DNA from: a virus | Virus record (IMG/VR): IMGVR_UViG_3300046492_000199 | Length of the DNA stretch: 64,000 nt | Reading direction: 5' to 3' (one strand) | In this document: one piece after another, positions 46,129 through 55,800 of the stretch | How the letters are laid out: each line of letters starts with the position of its first letter | Numbering within the stretch: the stretch's first letter is position 1 | Position numbers and translations under genes: made by a program | Notes under the pieces: generated by a model | What the model saw: only the letters and a program-made list of their open reading frames with translations | Told to the model about the DNA's origin: nothing | Database searches by the model: none

Positions 46129-46228
46129 TATTCTTTTATTGTGGGGCACCAGTACCTAACAAAAACACCTCGGATGCAGCGAGATGAAGGTTAGGTTTGC
46201 ACCCTGAGTGCCACCCAATAAAAGAATA
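46129..46228. ncRNA. candidate 100-nt rod-like hairpin RNA
   Basis: TATTCTTTTATTG...CAATAAAAGAATA closing stem plus three inner stems. Confidence 0.45.
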
Positions 46229-46446
46229 CACGCTAGGATGAATGAAGAAAGCGGCGTACCTGTTTCATCACTCTTCAATTCCTTAAGACGCCTAGCCGCC
46301 TTCTTTAAACCAGTATCCAAACTGGCACCAGAGGTCGATTCAAGTTTTAATTCTTTGTTACTAACAAGAGGCCAATCCTGTCAAGAACCATTAACCTATT
46401 CGGAGGCAAATCGACACGCCCTTACGCACCACATGGGCCGTAATTT

Positions 46447-46584
46447 TTAGAACCCGTTCTGCCTAGCAATTTCCCTAATATCGCAACGCGAGATACCAAG
46501 ATCGGCAAGTTCCCTATTTGTCAAACGCTCCAATTCGCGAATCGTCTGACGCTGCTTCTTCCACTTTGAGAAAAATTCGAACAT
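46447..46584 (-). CDS. DUF1127 (YjiS-like) small protein, 45 aa
   Basis: TIRELERLTNRELADLGISRCDI; ATG after GAAGGAAA. Confidence 0.88.
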   Translation of the reverse strand: MFEFFSKWKKQRQTIRELERLTNRELADLGISRCDIREIARQNGF

Positions 46585-46888
46585 GATATTTCCTTCTAAT
46601 GTTCTAGTTTTCTCCTCCACCAACCTTCTTCCAATGAATTGGAAGAAGGTCATATTGCTTCCCACGCAAATTAAATTCACCAAAGACATATTAAACTACC
46701 TGTAAAGAAAATGTTTACAGAGTGGAACGGGATGGTCCACAACGACGCTGGTTTTTGCAGAGAACTCCCCCACTACTTACCAAGGGCTGTTTTGTCTAAA
46801 TCCGTGTACGCCGATTATTCCCTCAACTGTCCTTATCACTACGGTTCGAAACGTCGTACAACGTAACGGATTATAGCTATGGCGAAAC

Positions 46889-46964
46889 TGGTGTCAAAAA
46901 CTGGACTTGAACCAATAACCTCTCCCTTATCAAGGGAGTGCTCTAACCATTGAGCTATTCTGAC
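46889..46964 (-). tRNA. tRNA-Ile(GAT)
   Basis: CTCCC-TT-GAT-AA-GGGAG, CCA. Confidence 0.92.
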
Positions 46965-46970
46965 TTATTT

Positions 46971-47112
46971 CTGTTTCTCGGCCACACCCTTCTAGCTTTT
47001 TATCTAGAATTTCGCCGCAATTCACGTCTGATTCGCTGACACCGTTTTTAGCGCGCGGAGTTAACAATTCCGCCTTCGTACTGACGTGCCGAAAGATGTG
47101 GCCGAGAAACAG
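46971..47112. ncRNA. candidate 142-nt multibranch RNA
   Basis: Perfect 16-bp terminal IR enclosing four inner stems. Confidence 0.55.
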
Positions 47113-47172
47113 CACCTTATTTCCTAATATAGCTACTTTGGGCTGCGAATTTTGGAGGTGCCGTATCAGATA

Positions 47173-47277
47173 TTACTTAGTTTCAGAAGTCTTAGATGGT
47201 ACAATCTCTACGCCATTAATATAAACAGCGACGTACTTAGTGCCATCTGTGTTTTTAATTTCTTTAGTCGTTACCAT
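47173..47277 (-). CDS. 34-aa hypothetical peptide (not in ORF track)
   Basis: MVTTKEIKNTDGTKYVAVYINGVEIVPSKTSETK after GGAG. Confidence 0.45.
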   Translation of the reverse strand: MVTTKEIKNTDGTKYVAVYINGVEIVPSKTSETK

Positions 47278-47336
47278 GTCATGCTCCAAAAGTTGTAGAT
47301 AAAAGTGTCGGGTGAAACTTTTATCTTATTATAATT

Positions 47337-47413
47337 TGGTTGCGGGTGTCAGAATCGAACTGACGTGATTGGCTTATGAGACCATGCTGGAACCGCCTCC
47401 AGTCCAACCCGCA
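47337..47413 (-). tRNA. tRNA-Met(CAT); initiator, elongator or Ile2 status unresolved
   Basis: Loop CT-CAT-AA, TGCGGGT/ACCCGCA, CCA. Confidence 0.85.
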
Positions 47414-47439
47414 AAACTTTGTAATCATTTAATGCACGA

Positions 47440-47468
47440 ACTATAACACAGGTTTTTCGTTTTGTCAA
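47440..47468 (-). promoter_or_regulatory. sigma70-type promoter heading the tRNA array
   Basis: TTGACA-17 nt-TATAGT. Confidence 0.75.
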
Positions 47469-47767
47469 GCATTAATTTTGTAATTTTTATTAAAATCTTT
47501 TTCAGGAACGATTTCAAAGGTCTGATTGTCGTTGAAAATAATATAATCTCCAACCATTACCGTTTCGGAAGATGAATCGCCACAAGTAAACGTAACAAAA
47601 AGTCTATCCTTTGCTACGAGCATTGACTCGCTTTCAGGTGGTAAATGAATTTGAAAATCTTCGCAGAGATAATCATAATGCAATTTTTCAATTAGAGAAA
47701 GTGCGTTAGTGAAATTAAATTGGGCCGCGCCCACATTCTGAGAAATTTTGGTGTAGGTTTTAATCAT
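47465..47767 (-). CDS. hypothetical protein, paralogue 3 of local family
   Basis: VGAAQF...VGDYIIF...FEIV...DF.KNY. Confidence 0.75.
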   Translation of the reverse strand: MIKTYTKISQNVGAAQFNFTNALSLIEKLHYDYLCEDFQIHLPPESESMLVAKDRLFVTFTCGDSSSETVMVGDYIIFNDNQTFEIVPEKDFNKNYKINA

Positions 47768-48069
47768 GCTTTGTATTCCACAAATGTTCCTAGAAATGTA
47801 TAATTGTCCACCACGCTAACTTCGCCGTCAGGAGCACTAACAAGGTAATTTCCTTCCGCGATGGTCCAAACCGTACCAACATTTTCTTTATTGGTGAGGG
47901 TTAGCGTTAGAATTCTGGTGTCGAAGTCAAGTGAAGCCTTTACGTCTTGGCCTTGGTTACGCGATGCACCTACAATAAATTTACTGGCTGCAATGAAAGA
48001 ATCAGCATCTTTGACAGAAAACTTCGCGGCTCGATATTCAGGTGTTCTCAATTTATAACTGCTAAACAT
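47764..48069 (-). CDS. hypothetical protein, paralogue 2 of local family
   Basis: YRAAKF...AEGNYLVS...GEVSVV...TF.GTF; start reassigned to 48069. Confidence 0.7.
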   Translation of the reverse strand: MFSSYKLRTPEYRAAKFSVKDADSFIAASKFIVGASRNQGQDVKASLDFDTRILTLTLTNKENVGTVWTIAEGNYLVSAPDGEVSVVDNYTFLGTFVEYKA

Positions 48070-48325
48070 TCTTAATCCATTCCTCAATAATTGCTTTCGT
48101 GACAGCGCCAATCTTCGTCCCGACCAACACGCCATCGCCGTTATAGATTTGCATCGTTGGTACGGCTTTGATTTTCTCTTTTTCTGCTATAGCAGGATTT
48201 TTATCAATGTCAATCACTTTGTGACGAAATCCGTCTAAATGTTTAACAAGTTCAAGAGAAGGTGCGTCCCACGAAGTGACATAAGCTGTGATGAAATAAT
48301 TAGTCGAGGACAATGGCGCGCTCAT
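48062..48325 (-). CDS. thioredoxin-fold protein without active-site cysteines
   Basis: W-DAPS in place of W-CGPC; KVIDID, IKAVPT, KIGA. Confidence 0.75.
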   Translation of the reverse strand: MSAPLSSTNYFITAYVTSWDAPSLELVKHLDGFRHKVIDIDKNPAIAEKEKIKAVPTMQIYNGDGVLVGTKIGAVTKAIIEEWIKNV

Positions 48326-48731
48326 ATGGGAAAATTCCGTCAGTAGGGAGAGGGCGGGGCTGATAAGGAGTAAAGCCGGGAGGTGTCTGACCCGGAGGGT
48401 AGTACCATTCCTGCGTCGTTACTTCTGGTGGAGCAGGTTCGAAAATTTCGTTAAATTGCGCTTCACTCATAACATCATAATCGTTGTCACCGAATACGAC
48501 ATAATCACCTTCCTTAATCGTGTCAATAGTGTATTCGTTTACTTCAAATGAAATGACTAAATGGGGGAAGTTGTCAGTTGGGACACTGACCTCGAATGTA
48601 TCCCGCCTCGCATAAGGCTCTAACTTAATCAAAAGTTCGCCTAAAGTCTCTTTAGTAAGTTTGAGCGCTTCGACTTCCGTTGATTTCTTCGGTACAAATT
48701 TATTGCCTACCATAAATGAAAAACTCTCCAT
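48300..48731 (-). CDS. hypothetical protein, paralogue 1 of local family
   Basis: KKSTEVEALKL...IKEGDYVVF...YDVMSEAQF.EIFE; Pro-rich tail. Confidence 0.75.
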   Translation of the reverse strand: MESFSFMVGNKFVPKKSTEVEALKLTKETLGELLIKLEPYARRDTFEVSVPTDNFPHLVISFEVNEYTIDTIKEGDYVVFGDNDYDVMSEAQFNEIFEPAPPEVTTQEWYYPPGQTPPGFTPYQPRPLPTDGIFPYERAIVLD

Positions 48732-48786
48732 AAATTTAATTATGAAGAGCTTTTAACATAACGATTTTAGAAAGTCAATAGGAAAT

Positions 48787-49113
48787 TTAAAGTTTTGATG
48801 CCCTTTTCCATAATTCGTCTAAATCGGCTCCCGTCATGCCTTGAATAGCGCCAAACACGCTGACGAACTTATTGCCTCGATTAAATGTTGTCGCGCCGCA
48901 GAGTTGCATCTTAGCGTCGAATTGATCCGCCTCGGGCAGAGCACTAATGAAACTAAGGAATTGCGTCGGCAAGGTGCCAGTCATGACAGCGCCAAGTGCT
49001 TCTTCTTTAGAGATAAGTCCCATAATCGCCAACTCCTGAAAGAACTGGCGATCACTGATTTCTGATGGAACGTAATCTTCTGTTACGGCATTGCCCCAAA
49101 GTCTAGGTGCCAT
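48787..49113 (-). CDS. probable tail-fibre chaperone/accessory protein
   Basis: Small ORF directly after the fibre gene. Confidence 0.5.
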   Translation of the reverse strand: MAPRLWGNAVTEDYVPSEISDRQFFQELAIMGLISKEEALGAVMTGTLPTQFLSFISALPEADQFDAKMQLCGATTFNRGNKFVSVFGAIQGMTGADLDELWKRASKL

Positions 49114-49119
49114 TATGGT

Positions 49120-51294
49120 TTAACTCCACTGCTGAACCGCACCTGAAATAAGGGCGTTCTTGTCGTTTAGGATTTGCACTCTGTATTTCATAGAAGTGCC
49201 TGAAGGTTGAGACGTAATGCTAGCCGTGCCTTCGAACTGACGAATCCCATTATAGTTCTCGGTCAGAGCCAATGTGACGCTGGTCCACGTCGTGCCGCCG
49301 TCGCGAGAAACTTGACCAATAATATCAGTGTTTGGCGTTAATGTGGCACTGCCTGTGACTTGAATCGAGAGACGCGAAGATGTAGGAACGCTGAGCGCAG
49401 TGACTGGTACGGATTCTAAGGTGAGATCGGCGTAGTTGATATTGTTATTGCGGACTTCCAGTTCCGTTACAAAGTACCTTGTATTAGCCGTCGCTGCGGT
49501 ATAACCGGTTACGACAGGCGTGCCAGCTTCCGTGACACTTGCTTTGAAGTAACTGGCGTAAGATGCTCCAATATCAGAAATAGATGGTAGATAATTAGAA
49601 ACAGGCGTGTCAAAAGCTATGACGTGATCCGCGCCCATGCTAAATGTTATCCAATCACTCCACACCGAAGAGCTAGCTGGAATTGTAACGTTATTCGCGC
49701 CGCCATTGAATGTCACACGTACCGGCGTAGAGCTAACTGTATCCATGTCCCAAACGTTGCCAGTAGCAGCTTTACGTCCGAAGAAAACATTGTCTATGAC
49801 GCCAGCACCGGCAGGGCCAGTGGTTAATTTTACTCTAAAAGCTGTTCCAATACTTAAAATACCGGTTCCATCTATAATAGTTCTAAGTGAGTATCTGGTA
49901 GATGCTGCGTTTGATATACCAGCAGCTACTGATAATACTTTAGTTCCAGCGCTTTTTGGAAAATAATAATCATTAGCGCTGTCGTAGATTTGATTCGCAG
50001 TGGTAGTCCCGGTATATACTGCGTACGGAGCAGCGGGTGGGGTGAAATTGGAGGTCCAACGTGCAACCCTGCTGATTCTAAACTCATCCAAGAACATCTG
50101 TGAACCAGTAGCATTATAATTTCTGCCAATCAGCGGTCTATTAGCTACTGCAATAACATTCATGTTATCCGTAAAGGTAGAACCCTCTTGCACACCATTG
50201 AGGTACATCTTAGTCACGTTGCCACTTCTAACAACGGCCATGTGATACCAAGTATTGGCTGTGATAAGGGTTGTGCCTGCAATGCTTGTCGAAGCATTGG
50301 TGCTGTAACTCAAGAAGTTAGCATTACTTACATACCAAGCAAAATTAGGATTCGGGGTGCCGGAACCGATTCGAGATTCATAAATAGTATCTTGAACACC
50401 AACAGCGGCGCGACGGAACCAACAATCGATAGTGAAATCACCAGTGCCAAACGCAAACCATGAATTTCCATCAGCTGCGTATGGTCCTCCATTGCCGCCA
50501 ACACTTAGGCAAGAGCCTCCAAACTTGGATTGAGCAGTGGTAATCGTTGCAGTGCCCCAACATTCCCATGTAGGTATATTTATGCCATGGTTGATGCCAA
50601 AACCGCTATCGATGATGGATTTTTTACCATTAACTCCATCGAAGTGAAGGCAAGTGATAGTATCAAAATCAATCCCGTTATTAACCGTTCCTAAATTAAT
50701 ACCATCTTCGGAATCATAAGGATCAGCAATGCCGCCAGCCATGCCGTTGCGGATACCTTTGATATCAGCCATGTCAAGAGCGAGAATTGAAATATTACGA
50801 TGCGCCATATCGACAGACGCTGCATTCACGGTGGCAAGATTTCCATTCGTGGTAATATTGCCTTCGATAGTCACTAGTGAAGATTCTAACGTGCCAGCGC
50901 CACGAGTGACAGTTGTTGTGGTATAATCACCAGAGACTGGAACAACGTTGCCCGATCTACCATTAAACGAAGCGACACCAGCAACAGCACCCGTTGCAAC
51001 ACCGGCCCAATATTTCGCACTGCGTTGTCCCGGAACAATTTCATTCGGGCTCTCGGCCCATAGCGAGGCTAAAGTGCTATAACCGCTGGCAGATGTTGCA
51101 GCGGCTTGTGCTTGCGTGACATAACCGCCAGCTGTGGTGCCAATCGTGGCATAGAATTTTGCAAGGCTAGGAACAACACCAGAATCAATCGCAATGTCGA
51201 GAGTAGATGCGCCGTTAACAATATTGTTAAGGCGGTCCATATTGATTTCTAGTTTGTCAAGCTTGGCTTGAATCTCAGCGGAAGTTGCAGCCAT
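49120..51294 (-). CDS. tail fibre/receptor-binding protein with LamG (ConA-like) domain
   Basis: GDFTIDCWF, WYHMAVVRSG, MYLNG, DEFRIS...NFTPP; VASFNGRSGNV repeat. Confidence 0.8.
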   Translation of the reverse strand: MAATSAEIQAKLDKLEINMDRLNNIVNGASTLDIAIDSGVVPSLAKFYATIGTTAGGYVTQAQAAATSASGYSTLASLWAESPNEIVPGQRSAKYWAGVATGAVAGVASFNGRSGNVVPVSGDYTTTTVTRGAGTLESSLVTIEGNITTNGNLATVNAASVDMAHRNISILALDMADIKGIRNGMAGGIADPYDSEDGINLGTVNNGIDFDTITCLHFDGVNGKKSIIDSGFGINHGINIPTWECWGTATITTAQSKFGGSCLSVGGNGGPYAADGNSWFAFGTGDFTIDCWFRRAAVGVQDTIYESRIGSGTPNPNFAWYVSNANFLSYSTNASTSIAGTTLITANTWYHMAVVRSGNVTKMYLNGVQEGSTFTDNMNVIAVANRPLIGRNYNATGSQMFLDEFRISRVARWTSNFTPPAAPYAVYTGTTTANQIYDSANDYYFPKSAGTKVLSVAAGISNAASTRYSLRTIIDGTGILSIGTAFRVKLTTGPAGAGVIDNVFFGRKAATGNVWDMDTVSSTPVRVTFNGGANNVTIPASSSVWSDWITFSMGADHVIAFDTPVSNYLPSISDIGASYASYFKASVTEAGTPVVTGYTAATANTRYFVTELEVRNNNINYADLTLESVPVTALSVPTSSRLSIQVTGSATLTPNTDIIGQVSRDGGTTWTSVTLALTENYNGIRQFEGTASITSQPSGTSMKYRVQILNDKNALISGAVQQWS

Positions 51295-51310
51295 TAAAAG
51301 TACCTTAAAT

Positions 51311-51349
51311 AAAAATAGTGGTATAGCTTTGAACTATACCACTATTTTT
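51311..51349. terminator. 16-bp IR terminator overlapping the -10 box of the next promoter
   Basis: AAAAATAGTGGTATAG-7 nt-CTATACCACTATTTTT. Confidence 0.7.
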
Positions 51350-51361
51350 TAAAAAAGTCAA
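51333..51361 (-). promoter_or_regulatory. sigma70-type promoter
   Basis: TTGACT-17 nt-TATAGT. Confidence 0.7.
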
Positions 51362-51384
51362 GTTTAAAGTTTATGATCCAAATT

Positions 51385-51651
51385 TTAGTAAGCACTCACT
51401 GCTGCTTTGCCACCGCCGCCAGTATTACCGGAACGGATATAGACATTGTTAGAGCCGAGTGATACTAATTTAATAGTGCAACGACTTGGAAGTTCGTGAC
51501 CCACAACACTGGCTAGATCGGAAGGTGCAGCTGCCACGCCCCAAAACAGAGGGATGGTGGAAGGGTTATAGATAATGACTGTACCTTTTGCCGCCGAAAC
51601 TGCGGTCCAAGCCGAGTCTGCCAAGGTGTAATCAGTTGTTAAAGCTGCCAT
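51385..51651 (-). CDS. small beta-rich protein, paralogue of 56962-57222
   Basis: MAA..YT..S.W..V ... N.VYIR pattern. Confidence 0.7.
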   Translation of the reverse strand: MAALTTDYTLADSAWTAVSAAKGTVIIYNPSTIPLFWGVAAAPSDLASVVGHELPSRCTIKLVSLGSNNVYIRSGNTGGGGKAAVSAY

Positions 51652-51674
51652 GATATTTTCTCACTTTTTAAAGA

Positions 51675-52883
51675 TTAAACAAATTTGTAATAAGGATCGA
51701 GGTATGGGACCATGTTAGCCGCTATCACAGCTGCCATGTTTGCATGATCTGTTGGGCCGGGGTGAATCTGATCAGAAGGATACGTGGTGAAATCGCCAGC
51801 CGCAGTATTAGTGTCGTGATACTGATCAACAAGACCATCAGCGCCAGCCGCGAGCCAAGCATTATAATCACTTCTGACCGTGTTCTTAGACGCGTCATAA
51901 GTGCCGCGAGGAATAATTGCTGTGGCATGAATTCTGAGACGGAAACCGTATGGTCCAACTATTCCGCGAGCATAACTAGCCAGATCGGTAAATCTGGTTT
52001 TCATCGTTGCGAGCGAAGCACTGTTGGCAATGTCGTTAGTACCTAATTGAATAAGTAGATCGGTACAATAAGGCCATAACTGTCTCTGTAACGGAGCGAC
52101 GGCTAATTGCTGATTTCCTAATGTATTGGCATCAATAGTTTGTTTATGCCAAGGAAAAACAACGCCATTGACGTTTTGCATAGCGCGGGCCAAGAAGCCC
52201 TGAGTCGTTGAGGTGTTTGTATCGTTCAAGTAAGTCGCAATGCTATCACCAACGATACAAACTGCTGGCATAGGAACATCAGGAATACCAAGAATAAGGG
52301 CGGGCCAAATCGCAGGACCGCCACCCGTACCACTAGTGTTCATAGAGCCGTTGCTCATCAACTGATTGCCAGAGGAAGATCTAAAGCCTTGGCTAGATGG
52401 CCCGTTTAGAGTAATGACGCTAAAGCTATCTGTATCTCCCGGAACTGTTCTATAGAAACGAGTATAATATCTGGTATTTTTGGCCCACGTTACGTTGATT
52501 TCATCACTAATAATCATTCCGCCAGCGGGTGTGTCCGCCGTTGTTGAAGCAAGCCATGTGGCACGCGAAGTGATGGTTCCGGTTTCAACCGATCTTTGCC
52601 ACGTACATGTCGCCGCCGGTGAAGAAAGTTCTTGGCCAGAGCCGGGATTGATTCTAAACTGTACATCAACAATTTTAATGCGTGAGCAATTAGCATTGCC
52701 TATGTCGTGCCCGTTGCGGCCTTGATTGGCAATATAAGAGCTTGTTTTCTGAACCACCGCTCCATTGGGAACGGCGGTAAAGCTTGCAATAAGTTGGTGG
52801 TTTACCGGGGCGGGGCGAACCGCTCCCGAAGTTGATACATTGGCGGGAGCAATGTTTCTTTTTTTAAATTTTGAAATAGGCAT
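51675..52883 (-). CDS. SGNH/GDSL-like esterase with N-terminal extension
   Basis: VGDSIA, QLGTNDI, DQIHP. Confidence 0.85.
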   Translation of the reverse strand: MPISKFKKRNIAPANVSTSGAVRPAPVNHQLIASFTAVPNGAVVQKTSSYIANQGRNGHDIGNANCSRIKIVDVQFRINPGSGQELSSPAATCTWQRSVETGTITSRATWLASTTADTPAGGMIISDEINVTWAKNTRYYTRFYRTVPGDTDSFSVITLNGPSSQGFRSSSGNQLMSNGSMNTSGTGGGPAIWPALILGIPDVPMPAVCIVGDSIATYLNDTNTSTTQGFLARAMQNVNGVVFPWHKQTIDANTLGNQQLAVAPLQRQLWPYCTDLLIQLGTNDIANSASLATMKTRFTDLASYARGIVGPYGFRLRIHATAIIPRGTYDASKNTVRSDYNAWLAAGADGLVDQYHDTNTAAGDFTTYPSDQIHPGPTDHANMAAVIAANMVPYLDPYYKFV

Positions 52884-55800
52884 TATGCTGTTACCGTAAT
52901 TGCTAAGAAATAATCTTTAATGTCGATGCCGCGCGTTTGACGCAAGATGCATACAACGGTTGAACCATTAGTTAGTGTCGCAGTGCTACGAGCAATATCT
53001 CCATCTGCGTTGATATAAATCGCTGCCCCGGTATAAGCCGTTGGAGCAGTTGCAGAATTCAACAGAGTGCGGGTTTCATTGTTTAACAGAGGAGGTAGAT
53101 TAACTACGACAGCGTCTAAAGCAGTACCAGCAATAGAAATAGTTCCTGTTGTTGTGAGAACTGGCATTGGAGTTGCTAGTTCGCCGGTACGCGCAATTGG
53201 AGTCGATGTGGCATACGTTGCGTCATAGGCCAAGTTAGTGACTGTACCATCCGTTACAACGATATGGATACGATCAACACGGCTGACCAAGCAACCCATA
53301 TCTTCGGTCTGAATCGTGTAACTCGGACCAGTTGCACCATCGATCCAGCGGCAGTCATAGCCCAAATGCTCGGTCCAATTAGCTAGCTGAACAACGGGAC
53401 GGTGACGACGCCATTGATACGAGCGCGTAATCGTTGCACCCGGAAACTGAGCCAAGATTACTGAAGTGTCAAAGTCAGTATCGGTTCCGTCTAGGGTTTG
53501 ACCCACGGCACGCGTTCCCGTAATTACGGCACGAGTAAGAATCGGAGGAGGAGCAACAACAACACCCTTATAGATGAAGTGATCGGACCAAGTGAAACTC
53601 TTCATAGTTCCAACTTGCGGAACAGTAGTATCGGTACGACGCAGCGTAGTAGTTACGTTGTGGAACACGATGCCACGGAAAATACCAGAAGTAGGTCTGT
53701 CAATGCTGATGCCGTTGGCGCACTTCCAAATCAATTCATCATGAACCGCAATATCGGCACGATATGGCTTGATCGTATTACCAGAAACAGAAATACCAGA
53801 ATAAGAATGGGCTCTGTTAATGTTGTACCAAGTATTATCGTAAACTTCGTGCTGTAACGAACCGCCTTGGTTATCATAACCACCAATGCCGTAGCCAAAC
53901 GAATAGCTATTCATAAGGGCGTGGGTGCAAGCGTTGCGGCAGAATACTTGGAAGTCGCCTTCATCCGTACCCTTAACGAAGTTATTTCCATCCATTTTAT
54001 TATCATGGCTATAGACGTAGCTCGCCATGTTCGTAACGAGGCAACCCTTGCCCGAACTGGTCTTAACGCTGGCCATGTCGAGGAAGCAACCACGTGCGAT
54101 AAAGCCACGGTTCTTAGTCGTGAAACGGTCTTCGCGAAGCTGAACCGCGTCACCTTCAGCCGCAAATACTGGCTTAGTGTTTACGTTTTCAAGAATTACA
54201 CGATCAGTGTTGTCGAGGTAGATACCATCGGACCAAACTCGGTCCAACGTGACACGACGCAGCGTAATGTCGTTACAGTTCTGGAAGAACAGGCCTTGCG
54301 AGTTTTCGTTTTTCGCGACATAACCGCAAGGATCAAATAGGCAATCTTCTACGAGCCAGTTGCTGCCTTGGCGTTGCTGAAGTCCGCGTTGGTTGCCAGC
54401 AATGTTTAGATTTTTAATCGTTACATTGCTTAGGCCCTGAGTACCGTCAGTGTATTGATCAATACCAAATGTCACGCCAGTTCCGATGGTCGGATATCCG
54501 CCTGTGCCAAATGCATCATAGGTACGGCTCGCGCCAACGACTAGCTGCGTGGACCAAGAAGAACCACGCTTAAGCAGGGCTGATCCGCTTGAAGTGATTG
54601 AGCCTGTTCCGGTTAAGGTCTGCTTCGCCGTGTCAGGAGTTTGACCATCAAAACCATCGTTACCGCCAGCTAGATCGTAATACGTTGCTGGACCTAGAAC
54701 AGTAAGTGGATCAGAATAAGCCGTGGTTGAACCAATGCCGTTTGTAGCCGTTACGGCGACACGAATTCTCTTACCCACGTCACCTGTGACAGGGATGTAA
54801 GTTGAAGTGGTTGCACCAGAAACGTTGGCCCAATCGCCCGCATTCAATGTAGCTTCAAGCTGAACCTGCATCGCAAAAGTGGTTGGCTGATGATTCCACG
54901 AACCAAGCGTGATGTTGTGTGCCACGTTGACGCGAGTTTCGGTCGCTGTAATCGCTGGAATGATTAGATTAGCGGGAGCAAGAGTTTGCGCCCCGCTTGC
55001 TTCTAACGTAATGCCAGCCGTTGTTACATTGTGAGTGAAACTTGAATTAGAATATGTAACCTTAGCAGCAATCGACTTACCGGCATGCTCGGAGCGTGAC
55101 GTGAATTTATTCTTACCTAGTGCGAGTCCGGTATAAGCACCCCAAGGAACGTCGATATAACTTGCGCCACTGATGGGGTCAATGTTATAGTTGTTTGAGC
55201 CAGAACCGGTATTTTTCTGCTGCAACTTAACTCTGAGAAAATCACCAGAGTTCCACGCACCGAAATCATTAGTGACTGTAACGGTGTACGGGCTATTGCC
55301 GACAGATGGAATAAATCCAGTGCCCAATGTGCCATGGATCATCTGAACTTCAGAGCCAACTACTGTGCCGGTAGAATCGACACGAGCTAGAAAGACTTTC
55401 GCACTGGTTTGAGAATTAGTCGTACCTTGTTTGAACGTGACGGAATATAATTGAGCCCCGTCGTTCTGACCGCCCGCAGCCGTAGCAGCTAAGTAGTAAT
55501 AATCGTTTTCTGTTGCAAAAGCGGCTAGTGATGCTGCGTTTGTATTGCTGCCGTTATAAGCACTTGTGCCATAAGCTCTGGTGTAGTTATCGCCCTGTGG
55601 GAAAGTCCCATTTGATGCAACGGTTTGAGCGTAATATCTCTTAGATGATCTCGTATCGTTAATTTTAACACCATCGGCTTGCCATTCGAAAGCCGTCTCT
55701 TTTGCAAAATTAGTATAGACACCCGGAACGATGGCAATTTCAGAGCCGATCAGACTAGTTCCAGATAGTGAAGGGGCTGTTGTTACAGCTGTATCGAGAT

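Noticed and set aside
46150-46385. Protein-like open frame on the - strand (…ELKLESTSGASLDTGLKKAARR…)
   Set aside because: Preceded by in-frame TGA and TAG, no start with an RBS, and it runs through the long hairpin
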